Below, in pieces: positions 1 to 12,911 of a DNA stretch of 64,000 nt. Position numbers and translations under genes: made by a program. The notes under the pieces were generated by a model that was not told the DNA's origin, did not search any database, and saw nothing but the letters and a program-made list of their open reading frames with translations. This DNA comes from Octopus vulgaris (Eukaryota), in the NCBI GenBank assembly GCA_951406725.2, contig OX597830.1:13268001-13332000 (forward strand), written 5' to 3'. Positions within the stretch are counted from its first letter, which is position 1, and the number at the start of each line of letters is the position of its first letter.

Positions 1-197
1 ACACACAAACATATACATATATATACATACATACGACGGGCTTCTTTCAGTTTCCATCTACCAAATCCACTCACAAGGCATTGGTCGGCCTGGGGCTATA
101 GTAGAAGACACTTGCCCAAGATGCCATGCAGTGGGACTGAACCCAGAACCATGTGGTTGGTAAGCAAGCTACTTACCACACAGCCACTCCTGCACCT
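1..197 (-). mobile_element. tRNA-derived SINE family A (CORE-like), 5' half
   Basis: Reverse complement of the AGGAGTGGCTGTGTGGTAAG...GGTTCAGTCCC head (A/B-box-like) plus a CTTGGGCAAGT CORE-like motif; many copies in the window. Confidence 0.9.
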
Positions 198-2559
198 ATT
201 GTTTATTGAATAAACAATGGATATTCTTCTTTTGATTATGAGCAAAACAAGACAAAAATTGACTGTTTTCAGTAAGCACAAACTAATGGTTTTCACACTA
301 CAACATTAATTTCAAGTGGATTTCTGTGTGTAAAATTATCATGAGACAAAAATAAAAAGAACAGCAGGATGTACTTTTGATGACAAACATAAACACAACA
401 AATGGTCCACTTCTTATTAGTACAACTTGTCTGCTTGGTATATTTATTCATTTATTACTATCTTCAGTTTCTTCAACAAAATAAATCAACTCAGCAGTAT
501 ATAATACCATGGACAACAGGAGATTGTGCATGTATTAATTAGCAAAGCTTTTTGCTAAGTCAAATATTATTCCAATAAGTTGAACCAAAACTTAACAGGA
601 AAATATGATAGGCATAGCTATATAGTCTTAAACGCTTAGAAGTGACACCTGTTTTATGTATCTTTCTGTCCATATCTATCAATCAGTCAAACTTGAAATG
701 TATTTTATAGTGTATGTATGATCCACCAGATGTGTTTGCTATAAACTGTCTAAGTCTTGTTTCATTCATAATCAACAGAACATCAATATTCCACTGTTAG
801 GTTTGTCCAAAAAGTCATCCTCATCTATATATAAGAGGAGAGTCAGTTCAACCATAAACCTATTTAGTCACAAAATTTTATGTGGCAGACATGAGTTTTC
901 TGTGTCCGCATACATACATGCTTACGTGTTTGTATATATATATATGTGTGTGTGTCTGTGTGTGTGTGTGTCTCCATGCATGCACACATTGAGATTTGGT
1001 TTATTTGAATTTGTTCACTGAACTCTTAGCCCTCCAGTCACTTTTGTAACTTTCTGCCAATTGAACAGATAAAAAAAAAATTATATCTCTCAAAGTTTTA
1101 ACTTGTGTATTACTATCTGCAAACACATACCTATGCGTGTAAGCACACATGCACCAGTGGCCCCCAAATTTCTTCTATTACTGTCATCATTTTAATCTTA
1201 GAATACATTTCGTCTCCAAAATTTAATTGTATAGGCTGAGTATTATTGATTAATAAATGTACTGGTCAACAACTTTGTGATTACTGGTCATGTTCAAGAC
1301 TAGTAGCTCTATTTACAGCCTTGTGTGTAGGAGCTTTCTGTCTGTTTGTCAGTTGGTTACTAACTCAGGTGATCCTACTTGCTGATACGAATACCCAAAT
1401 ACTGTAAAAAAATTTAGTTTATATCACTTGTAAATAAGATCTAATGTATGATTTCTCATTTATTGGTTGTGGTCATTCTGGAGCATTGTCAGTATGAAAC
1501 TTTTGGAAAATGTAAGCAATAAGAGTTGAACAGAATATAATTACATGCAACAGAACAGGTAAACAAAATCTTATGGTAGAAACTCAAATGAAAATCTATT
1601 ACTTGCACACACACACACACACATACTAGTATAATTGTAAAAAGCTGATTCTCAAGTTTACCCAACCAATGCCACATTGGCTCATCTTGCTTAGCATATT
1701 TCAAGCAATTTGTTTCTCAAGTTCCATGTAACTATATTAACTGGCCTGAGGTGTATTCTCCACAGCCAGAACACCACGTATTTTTAATTTCAATGTGAAA
1801 TTTCCCCTAAATTGATGATAAGCCAGTTTCACCTGATACTAGTTGACTATAACTTTGTTGTATTTTGTTCCTCACTCACACATCAGTATATATATATTAA
1901 CAATATATATATATACAAATAAAAAGAAAGACTAACCACATATGCCAGTTGATGTATATTCTACTTGTATAATTAGTATAAGTCAGCAAAATTTTCCTTG
2001 TTCATAGATTTATTGTAAAGTTTGACACCATTGGGGAAAACCGTTTTCTCCAGCTTCAAGTTTCTGTCATCTGTTGGCATGTCACTTCTCATTTGCACTT
2101 ATAGACGAGAGCATAGCATTCCTCTTATTGTGATAGCAAAGAGATTTCTCCCTCTCTCTCTCTCTCTCTCTTGCTCTCTCTCTCTCTCTACTATTTACAG
2201 TCATCACTTTTTAAATTTTATTTTATTAATATCTCTTAGCATTCTCTTTCTGTTTGCTTGTACTCTGCAACTGATGACTTTTTTTTGCTTCTTCCAAAAT
2301 TTTTACGAATAAATCTAAATAAGGTGGGGGTGGGTGGGGGAAATGCAATAAACATGACGTTGTAAACTCCGTCGAGTCTATTATGAATCTGCCTACTTGG
2401 AGTTGCAACAGATTTCACTGTGCAAACATTTCTCTCCCATGAACAGAAAATATTTGTAATCAATAGAGAAAAATTATTTTGCACAATGTATTTTAATTAA
2501 CATAGCATTAAAACAATGTGTGTATTTATCTGACGATCATAACCCCAATAACAAAAGCA

Positions 2560-2740
2560 TATCATCGTTTAAACGTCCGTTCTCCATGCTAGCATGGGTT
2601 GGACGGTTCGACTGAGATCTGGGAAGCCAGAAGGCTGCACCAGGCTCCAGTCTGATCTGGCAGTGTTTCTACAGCTGGATGCCCTTCCTAACGCCAACCA
2701 CTCCAAGAGTATAATGGGGGCGTTTTACGTGCCACCAGCA
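2560..2740 (-). mobile_element. SINE family C, 3' part with (TGA)n tail
   Basis: Inverse of the GGAAGGGCATCCAGCTGTAGAAA...CGGACGTTAAATGATGA family seen at 4602 and 6979. Confidence 0.85.
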
Positions 2741-2864
2741 CAAATCAGTATGTATATTTGCAACTCTGTGGATATATTCAAATATGGTTTGTAGTACTGG
2801 GACTTAGAACCTGTGTTCATGTTTTATATTGTAGTCTTACATACATTCCTAATCTTTGTTACAG

Positions 2865-2942
2865 GAGAGGCGTGAGCGAGAGCAGCAAGAACTTGAAAAT
2901 GCAAAAGAAATAGCTGATGAAGATTTTGACGGTTTCCCCTGA
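2865..2942 (+). CDS. PSMD3: Last coding exon of 26S proteasome non-ATPase regulatory subunit 3 (Rpn3)
   Basis: Branch-like CCTAAT and acceptor tttgttacag precede a phase-0 frame [25 protein letters not shown]. This closely matches the PSMD3 C-terminus as I recall it ([25 protein letters not shown]). Upstream exons were not found in the window. Confidence 0.9.
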   Translation, partial: [25 protein letters not shown]

Positions 2943-3178
2943 AGAGTCAAGGTAATATTTTCCCTGAAGATTTTGGGACAATGTTTTCTGTATAACTATT
3001 ATGATTATTTTTTATTCCCATTATGTTCATCATCACTGTTTTATATATAAATGTGTATGTATATGTACACACACATACACACACACACACACACTCATGC
3101 AGGGGCTGGGTTATACAGAAGATAATGCAAAAGTGGGCTTGATTTTTCTATTAACTGACAATGGTCATTCAAACTGCT

Positions 3179-3406
3179 TTAACCCTTTAGTGTTTAGATT
3201 ACTCTGTCAAATGTAATACCTATTTATTCACATTGTTTTGAATTAATTGTGCCTTGTCTCATAGCTTCAAAATTTTGATGATGTGATTATTCATCTTTAG
3301 AATGACAGTGTAGGGTAGGCGTGAGAGGCTGAATATCATAAGTTTGAACATAAAACAAGGATAATATTGTGGCCGGATATGGCCGGTTTAAACAGTAAAG
3401 GGTTAA
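3179..3406. mobile_element. piggyBac-type MITE
   Basis: TTAA-CCCTTTAGTGTTTA...TAAACAGTAAAGGG-TTAA, i.e. TIRs with a TTAA duplication. A degenerate relative lies at ~11128-11279. Confidence 0.8.
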
Positions 3407-3444
3407 GTTGGTAGAGTCACTCTTACTCTATGCAAAGGTACTAC

Positions 3445-3900
3445 TCAAACATAGCCATTGTCACAAGTGATGCATTTGCATCATCAGTGAACCCAGCTCT
3501 TAAATCCCTTTTGAAAAAAAATACATGTGTGCACTGTTTGTACCCATTACTTTGCAGTCATTTTCACCTCATTTGTGTCGTCAAACCGTTGTCACCAAAA
3601 ACCCTCCTTCGTTGAACCAAACTGTTGGCAGGCTCTTGATCTAGGCTACATGATAAGTAGGGGACCACTGACCAGGCCAACTTACTAATTGCCTGATGTG
3701 TTACCAATGATGTGTATGTGGTCATGCGTTGTCCTGGTGTATGTAGAATGTTTTCAGGTTCTTATTCAATCTCTTCCTCCCGATGGCTTCAATAATCTAT
3801 TTGAGTGTTTCAGTGTATCACTTGCTGTTTACAGTACAATCACGTTCTATAGAATCAAGGAGAACAATAATTCCCACCCTAAACCCACAAAAAGAAAATG
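3445..3900 (-). mobile_element. Degenerate mariner transposase, 3' half
   Basis: Minus strand reads HQDNA*PHT, a YSPDLAP-like remnant and a C-terminal FF.KG...KCI...GY segment, with stops and frameshifts. Confidence 0.65.
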
Positions 3901-4006
3901 CCACCAGGAAATGTTGTGGTTCAAACCCCACTTTTCCCTAAATGTAAAACCCTGTGTAGATAAGATCTTCCTTAGTTTAGTGGATAGGTTCTGAGAAACA
4001 TTTAAT

Positions 4007-4166
4007 AGGAGTGTCTGTGTGGTAAGTAGCTTGTTTTACCAACCACACAGTTCCGGGTTCAGTCCCACTGCATGGCACATTGGGCAAGTGTCTTCTGCTA
4101 TAGCCTCGGGTCGACCAAAGCCTTGTGAGTGGATTTGGTAGATGGAAACTGAAAGAAGCCCGTTGT
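4007..4166 (+). mobile_element. SINE family A, 5' half
   Basis: Same head and CORE-like sequence as the other copies; ends in (TA)n. Confidence 0.9.
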
Positions 4167-4185
4167 ATATATATATATATATATC

Positions 4186-4479
4186 ACCGTGACCGACCAG
4201 GCTATCAGATGTAGTTACACATCGCTGGTCACAATGCGTTCGCATTGTTTTAGCCTTCAAATGACGCCACCCCGCTGGCTAAGTGAGCAGGCCAACAGAA
4301 GAAAGAGTGAGAGAAAGTTGTGGTGAAAGAGTACAGCAGGGATCACCACCCCCTGCCGGAGCCTCGAGGAGTTTTAGGTGTTTTTGCTCAATAAACACTC
4401 ACAACACCCGGTCTAGGAATCGAAACAACGATCCTACGACCGCGAGTCCGCTGCCCTAACCACTAGGCCATTGCGCCTC

Positions 4480-4482
<3 letters not shown>
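4186..4482 (-). mobile_element. tRNA(Arg)-like SINE family D, near full length
   Basis: Minus-strand head GGAGGCGCAATGGCCTAGTGGTTAGGGCAGCGGACTCGCGG...GTTTCGATTCC is tRNA-like. 3' fragments recur at 8200-8368 and 15667-15773. Confidence 0.85.
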
Positions 4483-4556
<74 letters not shown>

Positions 4557-4601
4557 CATACATATACATACATATATATATAGTTATATATATATATATA
4601 T

Positions 4602-4712
4602 AACTCTGCCAGATCAAGACTGGAGCCTGGTGCAGCCATCTGGTTGCCAGCCCTCAGTCAAAACCGTCGAACCCATGCTAGCATGGAAAACGGACGTTAA
4701 ATGATGATGATG
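4602..4712 (+). mobile_element. SINE family C, 3' fragment
   Basis: Near-identical to 7165-7280; (TGA)n tail. Confidence 0.85.
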
Positions 4713-4760
4713 AGGAGGAGGATATATATATATATATATCTGTAAATGTAATATGTGCCA

Positions 4761-4823
4761 AGATAATACTCCGAGTTTCGGATGCCGAGGGGGAAATCCA
4801 TGCCACCATCTCTTCAGTTATCT
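4761..4823 (-). ncRNA. Type I hammerhead ribozyme, intact core
   Basis: Minus strand AGAUAA-CUGAAGA-GAUG...CAUCC-GAAA-CUC-G-GAG-UA-UUAUCU: 6-bp stem I, canonical core, 1-nt-loop stem III, GUA cleavage triplet. Confidence 0.8.
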
Positions 4824-6978
4824 GGCCATCGGATAAACGCTATGAAAAATGACCGTTATACAAGGTATAAAAGGTTGCAGTCTTGTCTAGACTCTTTCAA
4901 GACATCTTCTCTCGTTTTACAACTGGTTGATTACATTGCAATAATAACCTGTTTCTTCCAATAAGTTTTACTTTTCTTGCCCAGTCTTCTTTGGCATTGA
5001 TTGAAAGCTGGCTTTCTAAGCAACATTTGTAGTTTCTTTAATTCTTGCCCTCTATTTTGGGTTTTTCTTTTAGTCTCCCTCAATTCAGCTTGATCTCACA
5101 TTCTTCTCTAGGTTTGTGCTCACTAAGTTGCTTTTTGGATAAAAAAAAATTGAACTGACTGCCTGTTCCACCTGAATTTCATTAGCACAAACAGAAACAA
5201 TCCTTGAGCTGCATTCTTTGAACAGTTAACATACTACAGATAGAACAAAGATAAAACAACTGTATTTTAATTCTTATAGAACTCTGTATTGTTTAGAGTT
5301 ATATATATATAAGAATTATTTTATTCATTGCAAACAATTGGTCTTCAATCAGCTTATAAAAAAATGTTTCTATCATTTAACTAATGACATATTTATCAAA
5401 GAATTATATTTTGTTCAAATTAATCTTGAGAGAGAGAGAGAGGGGGGGGGAGGGAGGGAGAGAGAGAGAGGGTGGGGGAGAGAGAGATTCCCCTCATCAA
5501 AACATAAGTGATTTTATTTTCTACATTTGCTTGGTTGGAAAAAATTTGTTCAAAGCACAGCAAAACATTGAGTAATTTAGATAAATGGATCAAAATTGCT
5601 AAAGATAAAAATTAGTGAAAAACAAAACAAAATCCTTTCTACTCTAAGAAAACTTGATAAACATTTTAGTTGTGGTTATCGTATTTTAGATGGGTATGAA
5701 AAATTATAAAAGCGTAAGAAATAGATTATGGAGAAAACAACCAAAATTAAGACATGATTGTTAAATAAAAGGATTTTACCAGAAACTCACTGTTTCTATG
5801 CGATGGTAAATACCATTAATGAAAGTTTTAAGAAATATTTACTTTTATTTACTTGTTCATTTTGTTGAAGTTTATTTAGTAAGTATTTATCATCTTCATC
5901 TTCCTATTAATATCTTTCAAAACTTTATTCAGTTGTTTGTATTATATATTTTTTGAGTTTGAGAGAAAAATAAAATAAAAAAAAACACACACAAGCAAAC
6001 TAAAGGATATTACTGCAACCGAATGTTTAACCAAAGGAATTTGTAATTTTTTTTTCTTGTGTTTGTTTATTGTTTTGTGAACAGCTGTAAGCAGTCTTGA
6101 ATATATTTTATAGAGGTTGCAATTTACCCGTTATTAGAAATTCCATTCATATTACTTTAGCAAACAATTCTTTGATTATGAGTCTGAAGCAAAAGTTTTT
6201 CAAGTTACATGAATGATTTGGTGCAAGAAACTAAACCTGATGATGTCATCTTCCTCTTGTGGACATGCCCTAATTCTTGTTGTTGAACCCAAAATTTACT
6301 AGGACCAACAAAACTCGTGGTTAACTCTTACATTCCTGTATTGCTTTCTCTATATAGCTCTCTTAATCTTGTTAAAAACTAGAAATTTTGATGAAATGCA
6401 ATTAGTCCAGTATAAAAATCACAAAACTATAACTACTGCATGAATCAGTGAAATTTAGCCATAGGAAGAAATGGTTATTGGTGTTGCATGTGAATGTGGA
6501 TTTCAATTGCTGTTGTTGATTTTTATCTGTTATGTCATTTTTCTCCAGCCAAGAGAGGTTGAATACAGCCAAGTTGATTACACGTTTTCTCATGTACTTA
6601 CAAGATATTGATTCCTAGGCATTGATTTCCTGTCTCAGAACTGACTTTGTGCTCCAGTAGGCCCTGTAATTTGGAAGCTACACAACTCCCATTATAGAAA
6701 ACATTCAGGGATGTGATTTCATTTCCTCCATTCAAATACCCACGTCACTAATAAATTAATGTTATTTATTCAAATTACAATAGTTATGCTCTCCTCATAA
6801 ACTCACCGGTATGCAGAGAACCAACAAAATTATTGATGCAGTGATTGAATACTTAAACACTTCACTCCTGCTCAGAATTGATAAATCTTTGTGTAAATCC
6901 CATGCTGGGTGTATATAGATGACACCGAAATATCACTCTCCAAGTTTGTGTTCCTTTTTCTCTAATTAAATCATTAAT

Positions 6979-7285
6979 GTGGCACGTAAAAGGGCACCAT
7001 TCGAGTGTGATCGTTACCAACGTCGCTTCACTGGCATGTGTAAAAAGATTCAAGCGAGGTCATTGCCAGTAGCGCCTGACTGACCCCCCATGCAGGTGGC
7101 ATGTAAAAAGCACCCACTACACTCTCGGAGTGGTTGGCATTAGGAAGGGCATCCAGCTGTAGAAATTCTGCCAGATCAAGACTGGAGCCTGGTGCAGCCA
7201 TCTGGTTGCCAGCCCTCTGTCAAAACCGTCCAACCCATGCTAGCATGGAAAACGGACATTAAATGATGATGATGATGATGAATGA
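6979..7285 (+). mobile_element. SINE family C with target-site duplication
   Basis: 12-bp TSD TAAATCATTAAT at 6967-6978 and 7286-7297; (TGA)n tail. Confidence 0.9.
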
Positions 7286-7777
7286 TAAATCATTAATATA
7301 CTATAACTGAATTCTAATTCACCTCTTGAGGTAGTAGATATTATGAGAGTCAAAAACTAAATAAAGAAAGAAAAAAAAAATCCAAAGAAATTCAGCTCAT
7401 AAGCTGCCAAAAATTTAATACATGTGGTGTAAATATGAGCCTTTTTCTCAAATGAGGCAAAACTTTATTTCCCTGAAAAGAGCTTATTTATTGTTTTTTG
7501 GGGCCCTAATAACCACAGGACTTGGCAACAATTGTGATCATTTGTGATACAGAACTTCAAGAGTTAAAGGACATTCGGTCTTGTTTTCAGACCCAGTTTA
7601 TATTGGCATCCTTCCTAACCTAGAAGATGGTAAGGGTGGAATATAAAGGGTTGCTTTCTATTTCTAGCAGGTGAGTTGACCACGTAGAGTTCCGTTTGTT
7701 GGTCTGTAACTATTATTATGAGATAAATGTTATTTTGACCAGACATTCAACTAATTATGTTTTCTTGTTGTTTTTAG

Positions 7778-8095
7778 GTGCTGAACCCTTTGACTGAAGC
7801 AGTTTCATTCTACCTTCTCTCTCTTCATCAATGCAGCCATCATTACTGTTATAAGTTCTTCTATTAGAAATTCTGCCTTAGTCATTGCACTAACACTCTT
7901 GACATTATTAATAGAAATGGTGAAACTATATCGGTTTTTTGCTACTTTCTAAACTTTAACTACATTTCAAGAGTTTTACAACTGTTTGATTCATTATTTA
8001 AAACATACTAAAATAGAAATTTACCAAATTTTATAAAACTAATTTTACTTGTAATGATCATTTTATGATTAAATAAAAGATTTCTTTATGAAGTA
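7778..8095 (+). other. PSMD3: Putative terminal non-coding 3'-UTR exon of PSMD3
   Basis: Donor AAG|gtaata at 2952 lies 9 nt after the stop. Branch CTAAT (7751), a polypyrimidine tract and AG (7776-7777) open a unique AT-rich stretch, with AATAAA at 8072 and T/GT-rich sequence downstream. The 3' end is approximate. Confidence 0.55.
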
Positions 8096-8623
8096 TTTCT
8101 GTTTTATTGCCTTGTTTATTACCTAAAACATGAGATTTGTTGGATTTTTTTATCTGAGTAGTTCTTGTTGCAGATTTATATAACATTTATATATATATAT
8201 CACCGTGATCACTGTGATCACTGTGACCGACCAGGCTATCAGATGTTGCTACACGTCGCTGGTCACAATGCGCTTCGCATTGTTTTAGCCTTCAAATGAC
8301 GCCACCCCTCTGGCTAAGCGAGCAGGCCAACAGAAGAAAGAGTGAGAGAAAGTTGTGTACAGCAGGGACCGGATGGTGCTATTGTGCTGTTTATTTCTGT
8401 AACATTTTGGTAATTGTAATGCACTGAGTTTCCTTAAGGGACAAAGATATAATGAAGAAATCTCATATAAACAATATGATATAGCATACAGGAATAAAAG
8501 AATAAGGAATCAAAAATTATATAAATGAAATAAATAAAATGTAATGCACCAATAAATAATAAAATGTTATCAGGTAGTCAAAAACAGGCTTCAAACAACA
8601 CTACAGCTTGTATACCCAGATAT

Positions 8624-9020
8624 ACTCTTTTACTCTTTTACTTGTTTCAGTCATTTGACTGCGGCCATGCTGCAGCACCGCCTTAAGTCGAGCAAATCGA
8701 CCCCAGGACTTATTCTTTGTAAGCCCAGTACTTATTCTATCGGTCTCTTTTGCCGAACCGCTAAGTGATGGGGACGTAAACACACCAGCATCGGTTGTCA
8801 AGCAATGCTAGGGGGACAAACACAAACACACACACACATATATATATACATATATACGACAGGCTTCTCTCAGTTTCCGTCTACCAAATCCACTCACAAG
8901 GCATTGGTCGGCCCGGGGCTATAGCAGAAGACACTTGCCCAAGATGCCACACAGTGAGACTGAACCCGGAACCATGTGGTTGGTAAGTAAGCTACTTACC
9001 ACACAGCCACTCCTGCGCCT
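8624..9020 (-). mobile_element. SINE family A, full length
   Basis: Complete head, internal TA/TG tract, GGCGGTGC...AGCATGGCC module and (GAGTAAAA)n tail. Confidence 0.92.
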
Positions 9021-9307
9021 ATATAAACTCATTACAAATGCATTGTGTATATGTGGGTGCTTATGTATGCATGTGTGTATGTGTATATATTTGTGTGTCT
9101 ATTATATAGGTGGAATTCCGGTTTAAGTATCCCATATAAATCCTCATAATTTTTTCACTTTCTGGAATTTGAAAAAAATTTTGCGAATTTGTGTTCTACA
9201 CATGGGAATTCATACCATTATGCAGAAAAAAGAATGTTTCAAAATTTTTTAATCTCCCCCTCCCCATAAATCCAAAAAATTCCACTCTTTTTCAAATTAA
9301 AAAATAG

Positions 9308-9897
9308 AGGAGTGGCTGTGTGGTAAGTAGCTTGCTTATGAACCACATGGTTCCGGGTTCAGTCCCACTGCGTGGCATCTTGGGCAAGTGTCTTCTACTA
9401 TAGCCTTGGGCTGACCAAAGCATTGTGAGTGGATTTGGTAGACGGAAACTGAAAGAAGCCCGTCGTATATATGTATATATATATCTTTATATATAAAAGT
9501 GAAGTTGTGTGCCTGTCTTCTACGATTTAGATTCCTAACTACTCCCACATTTTGCGGTGCAGTTTAACCAAAACCGGGTATCTTATAGTCGTGATTCATA
9601 TCGAGCCCTTCTGGGTATTAGCGCGCGTCTACGATGAGTCTACGATTTAAAAAAAATTTACCATAATTTTTTTCGATTTTAATGCATTTTCCCGATTTTA
9701 ATGCATTTTTTTCGCTATTATATAGGGGAAGTAACTCTAAAAATGTCTACGATAAGTCAACGATTTAAAAAAAAATTTACCATCATTTTTTTTCCATTTT
9801 TAATGCATTTTTTTGCTATTTTTTGGCTATAACTCTCTAAAAATGCTTATATAGTTATTTCCCTTACAAACCCGAGCAACGCCGGGCGATACTGCTA

Positions 9898-9937
<40 letters not shown>

Positions 9938-10127
9938 ATGTTTGTGTATTGTGTTTGTCGTCCCCCCAACATCGCTTGACAACCGATGCTGGTTTGTTTA
10001 CGTCTCCGTAACTTAGCGGTTCGGCAAAAGAGACCGATAGAATAAGTACTGGGGTCGATTTCCTCGACTAAAGGCGGTGCTCCAGCATGGCCACAGTCAA
10101 ATGACTGAACCAAGTAAATTGAGTAAA
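9308..10127 (+). mobile_element. SINE family A interrupted by a Helitron
   Basis: 5' half at 9308-9480 and 3' half at 9899-10127 flank the insertion, which sits in the internal (TA)n. Confidence 0.85.
9484..9898 (+). mobile_element. Non-autonomous Helitron
   Basis: A|TC 5' end, subterminal hairpin CCCGAGCAACGCCGGG, CTAG|T 3' end, no TSD. Confidence 0.85.
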
Positions 10128-10643
10128 AAAATGAGAATGAGAACTTAAAATACAGACAGTATGGATTTTTGCTTATAGGGCACATCATCATCATTCTGTT
10201 CAATGTGTTTATGGGGAGAAAAAATATTGAAAAACGTCAATACATGTCTGAGTGACAAAGAAACGTAGAAGGTAGGTGGTCGTGAGATGTGCTAAAAATA
10301 ACAGTTGAATCACCCTTAAATCAAATATACAATTTTTTTCGTATAATTCCCAAAAATTTTTTGAAAATTCCAAAAAGAACCCCAGAAAGTCATGAGGAAT
10401 TATATGGTGTACTTAAAACAGAATTCTGCGTTTATGTGTATATGTGTGCTATATATATGCATATACCAACTCTGTATTTGCTGTCATCTAATTGCAACCC
10501 TGATTCCTGGTTGATTACTTTCCATCTTTCGCCCATTCAGTCATCTCTTTTACTCCTGTCCGTCCTTTGCGGACCCATCCTCCACCGCTACTTATGAAGC
10601 TTACAAACTATGAATGGCCGCCCCGCCTGCCTCTACTATCCTT

Positions 10644-10775
10644 CATCATCATCATTTAACGTCTGCTTTCCATGCTAGCATGGGTTGGACGATTTGACTG
10701 AGGTCTGGCGAACCAGGCTCCAATCTGATCTGGCAGAGTTTCTACGGCTGGATGCCCTTCCTAACGCCAACCTCC
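10644..10775 (-). mobile_element. SINE family C, 3' fragment
   Basis: (CAT)n followed by family C 3' sequence. Confidence 0.8.
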
Positions 10776-11454
10776 ATGGTTATGTATCAGATACCTGTAC
10801 AGGTACCTATGTCTTTCCTACCCTATCCATCTCCCCACTTCAATTTTCCACTCTTTCTTTCAAAACTCTCATCTTCACAACTTGTGATGCCTGCTCGCTA
10901 GTTGTCACCATTGCCTTGCCGTCCACCACTCCTCTGCTTTCCCCCCCACTTTCCTCTCTCCACAATTTCTCTGTAACCTCAACACCTTATTTCTCCCCCT
11001 CAGGCCTGCCTCCCACCACCCACTAACTCAGTAATCCAGGTACAAATTATTCAGTTGATCAAACAACCGAATCCTCGTCGTCGAGCGACGGAGATCCACC
11101 ATTACAAATACTCTTTTTCTTTTCTTTCACCCCTTAGTATTTAAACCAGCCATATCTGACCTGTTTTATATTCAAACCAGCCACATCCAACATCTCACAC
11201 CTACCCAACAAAGTCATTCTGAAAATAAACAATCACAAGCCTCACATTTGACAGAGTCATCTGAATGTAAAAGGTTTAAACTGGATACTGTCTGGACACC
11301 GCATTGGAATGTTTCTTAATTGATCAAATTAACCCCAAAAGTCAATATGATTGATTAAGTTTGACTCGATTTTTGCTGAATCGTTAAGTTACAGAGACAT
11401 TATAAAGCAAACACACACGTGTCTACACACATAACACTCGTCTCCCCATACAAA

Positions 11455-11852
11455 TACCTATTTCTTTACTACCCACAAGGGGCTAAACACAGAGAGGACA
11501 AACAAGGACAGACAAACGGATTAAGTCGATTATATCAACCCCAGTGCGTAACTGGTACTTAATTTATCGACCTCGAAAGAATGAAAGGCAAAGTCGACCT
11601 CGGCGGAATTTGAACTCAGAACGTAACGGCAGACAAAATACCTATTTCTTTATTGCCCACAAAGGGGCTAAACACAGAGAGGACAAACAAGGACAGACAA
11701 ACGGATTAAGTCGATTATATGGACCCTAGTGCGTAACTGGTACTTAATTTATCGACATCCGAAAGGATGAAAGGCAAAGTCGACCTCGGCGGAATTTGAA
11801 CTCACAACGTAACGGCAGACGAAATACGGCTACGCATTTCGCCCGGCGTGCT
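11455..11852 (-). mobile_element. Two tandem copies of tRNA-derived SINE family B (Meta-domain-like)
   Basis: Inverse of GAGTTCAAATTCCGCCGAGGTCGACTTTGCCTTTCATCCTTTCGGGGTCGATAAATTAAGTACC, present twice. Confidence 0.88.
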
Positions 11853-11853
11853 T

Positions 11854-12600
11854 GAAGTAAAAACTATTTACAATACTACCCGCAGAAAGATTGCCTGACG
11901 AATACATCAAAGGCATGTCAGAACCAGTAGGTATTCACACCTTTGAAAACAAAGAATACAGGTGGAATACCCCAATAAAACCATCAATTCGGTGCAAGCA
12001 TAACAGACCTGATATTGTTCTGTGGGACCGGGAACAAGAGTCATGCACTGTTGTAGAGGTCAGATGCCCAGCGGATGTGAATAGACAATCAAAAGAACAG
12101 GGAAAAGAGAACATTTATGGCGAATTAATGCAGAACTTACAGCTCTTGTACCCTGACTATGAATTCTCATTTGTACCTTTCCTCGTAGGTACATTAGACT
12201 ATGTACCAACAAATTTTCACAAAAACCTAGAAGCATCTGCAGCGTGGAAGGTGTTTATAAGCCATTTAAGAAACACATAAAAACTATTAGATTCACTTCA
12301 ACATTTAAATTTAATTTGTCAAAATATTTTCATCGCTTTGAGACCGCGACCTGTTCACTGACAAAACTTCGTGCTACATCTGCTTTCACGAAAAAAGAGC
12401 AAAAGAAACTGACACAGACAGATTCTCCAAATCCAATCTATTAGTGGTAGAGTGAAGATATGTAAGACATTCCAAAAATTCTCCATCTGAGATTCTAATT
12501 TGAACAGATGCACACTCTCGGGCGTTCAGCCAACACAACAACTCAACCACATACAAAGGGAACTCTTTTAACTCAAAAAGTCTTGTCGCTTTGTTAGCAA
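11854..12600 (+). mobile_element. R4/Dong-type LINE 3' fragment (restriction-like endonuclease plus 3' UTR)
   Basis: ORF 11891-12280 has WNTPI...HNRPDIVLWD...VEV.CP...K...Y...VPFLVGTL, the RLE PD..E..K signature. The 3' boundary is approximate. Confidence 0.8.
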
Positions 12601-12659
12601 CCAGCTTGAACTCTCAAGAACTTAAAATAAACTCAAAGAAAAATCATACATACATAACA

Positions 12660-12765
<106 letters not shown>

Positions 12766-12811
12766 TTTCAAGTTAATGAAAGAAAATGGAGAAGAAAAAA
12801 TATAGTAGATA

Positions 12812-12879
12812 CTTGGTTAAACTTTATTTGTATCACAATGAAAACGTGACAGTCGTGTGTATATATATAAGTGACGTCG

Positions 12880-12911
<32 letters not shown>

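Noticed and set aside
797-1021. Possible upstream PSMD3 exon after ttag at ~800
   Set aside because: No frame matches the expected preceding MRFPPKSYNKDLESAE-like peptide.
4410-4482. tRNA-Arg-like sequence on the minus strand
   Set aside because: It is the head of SINE family D: no proper acceptor stem, and it continues into the SINE body.
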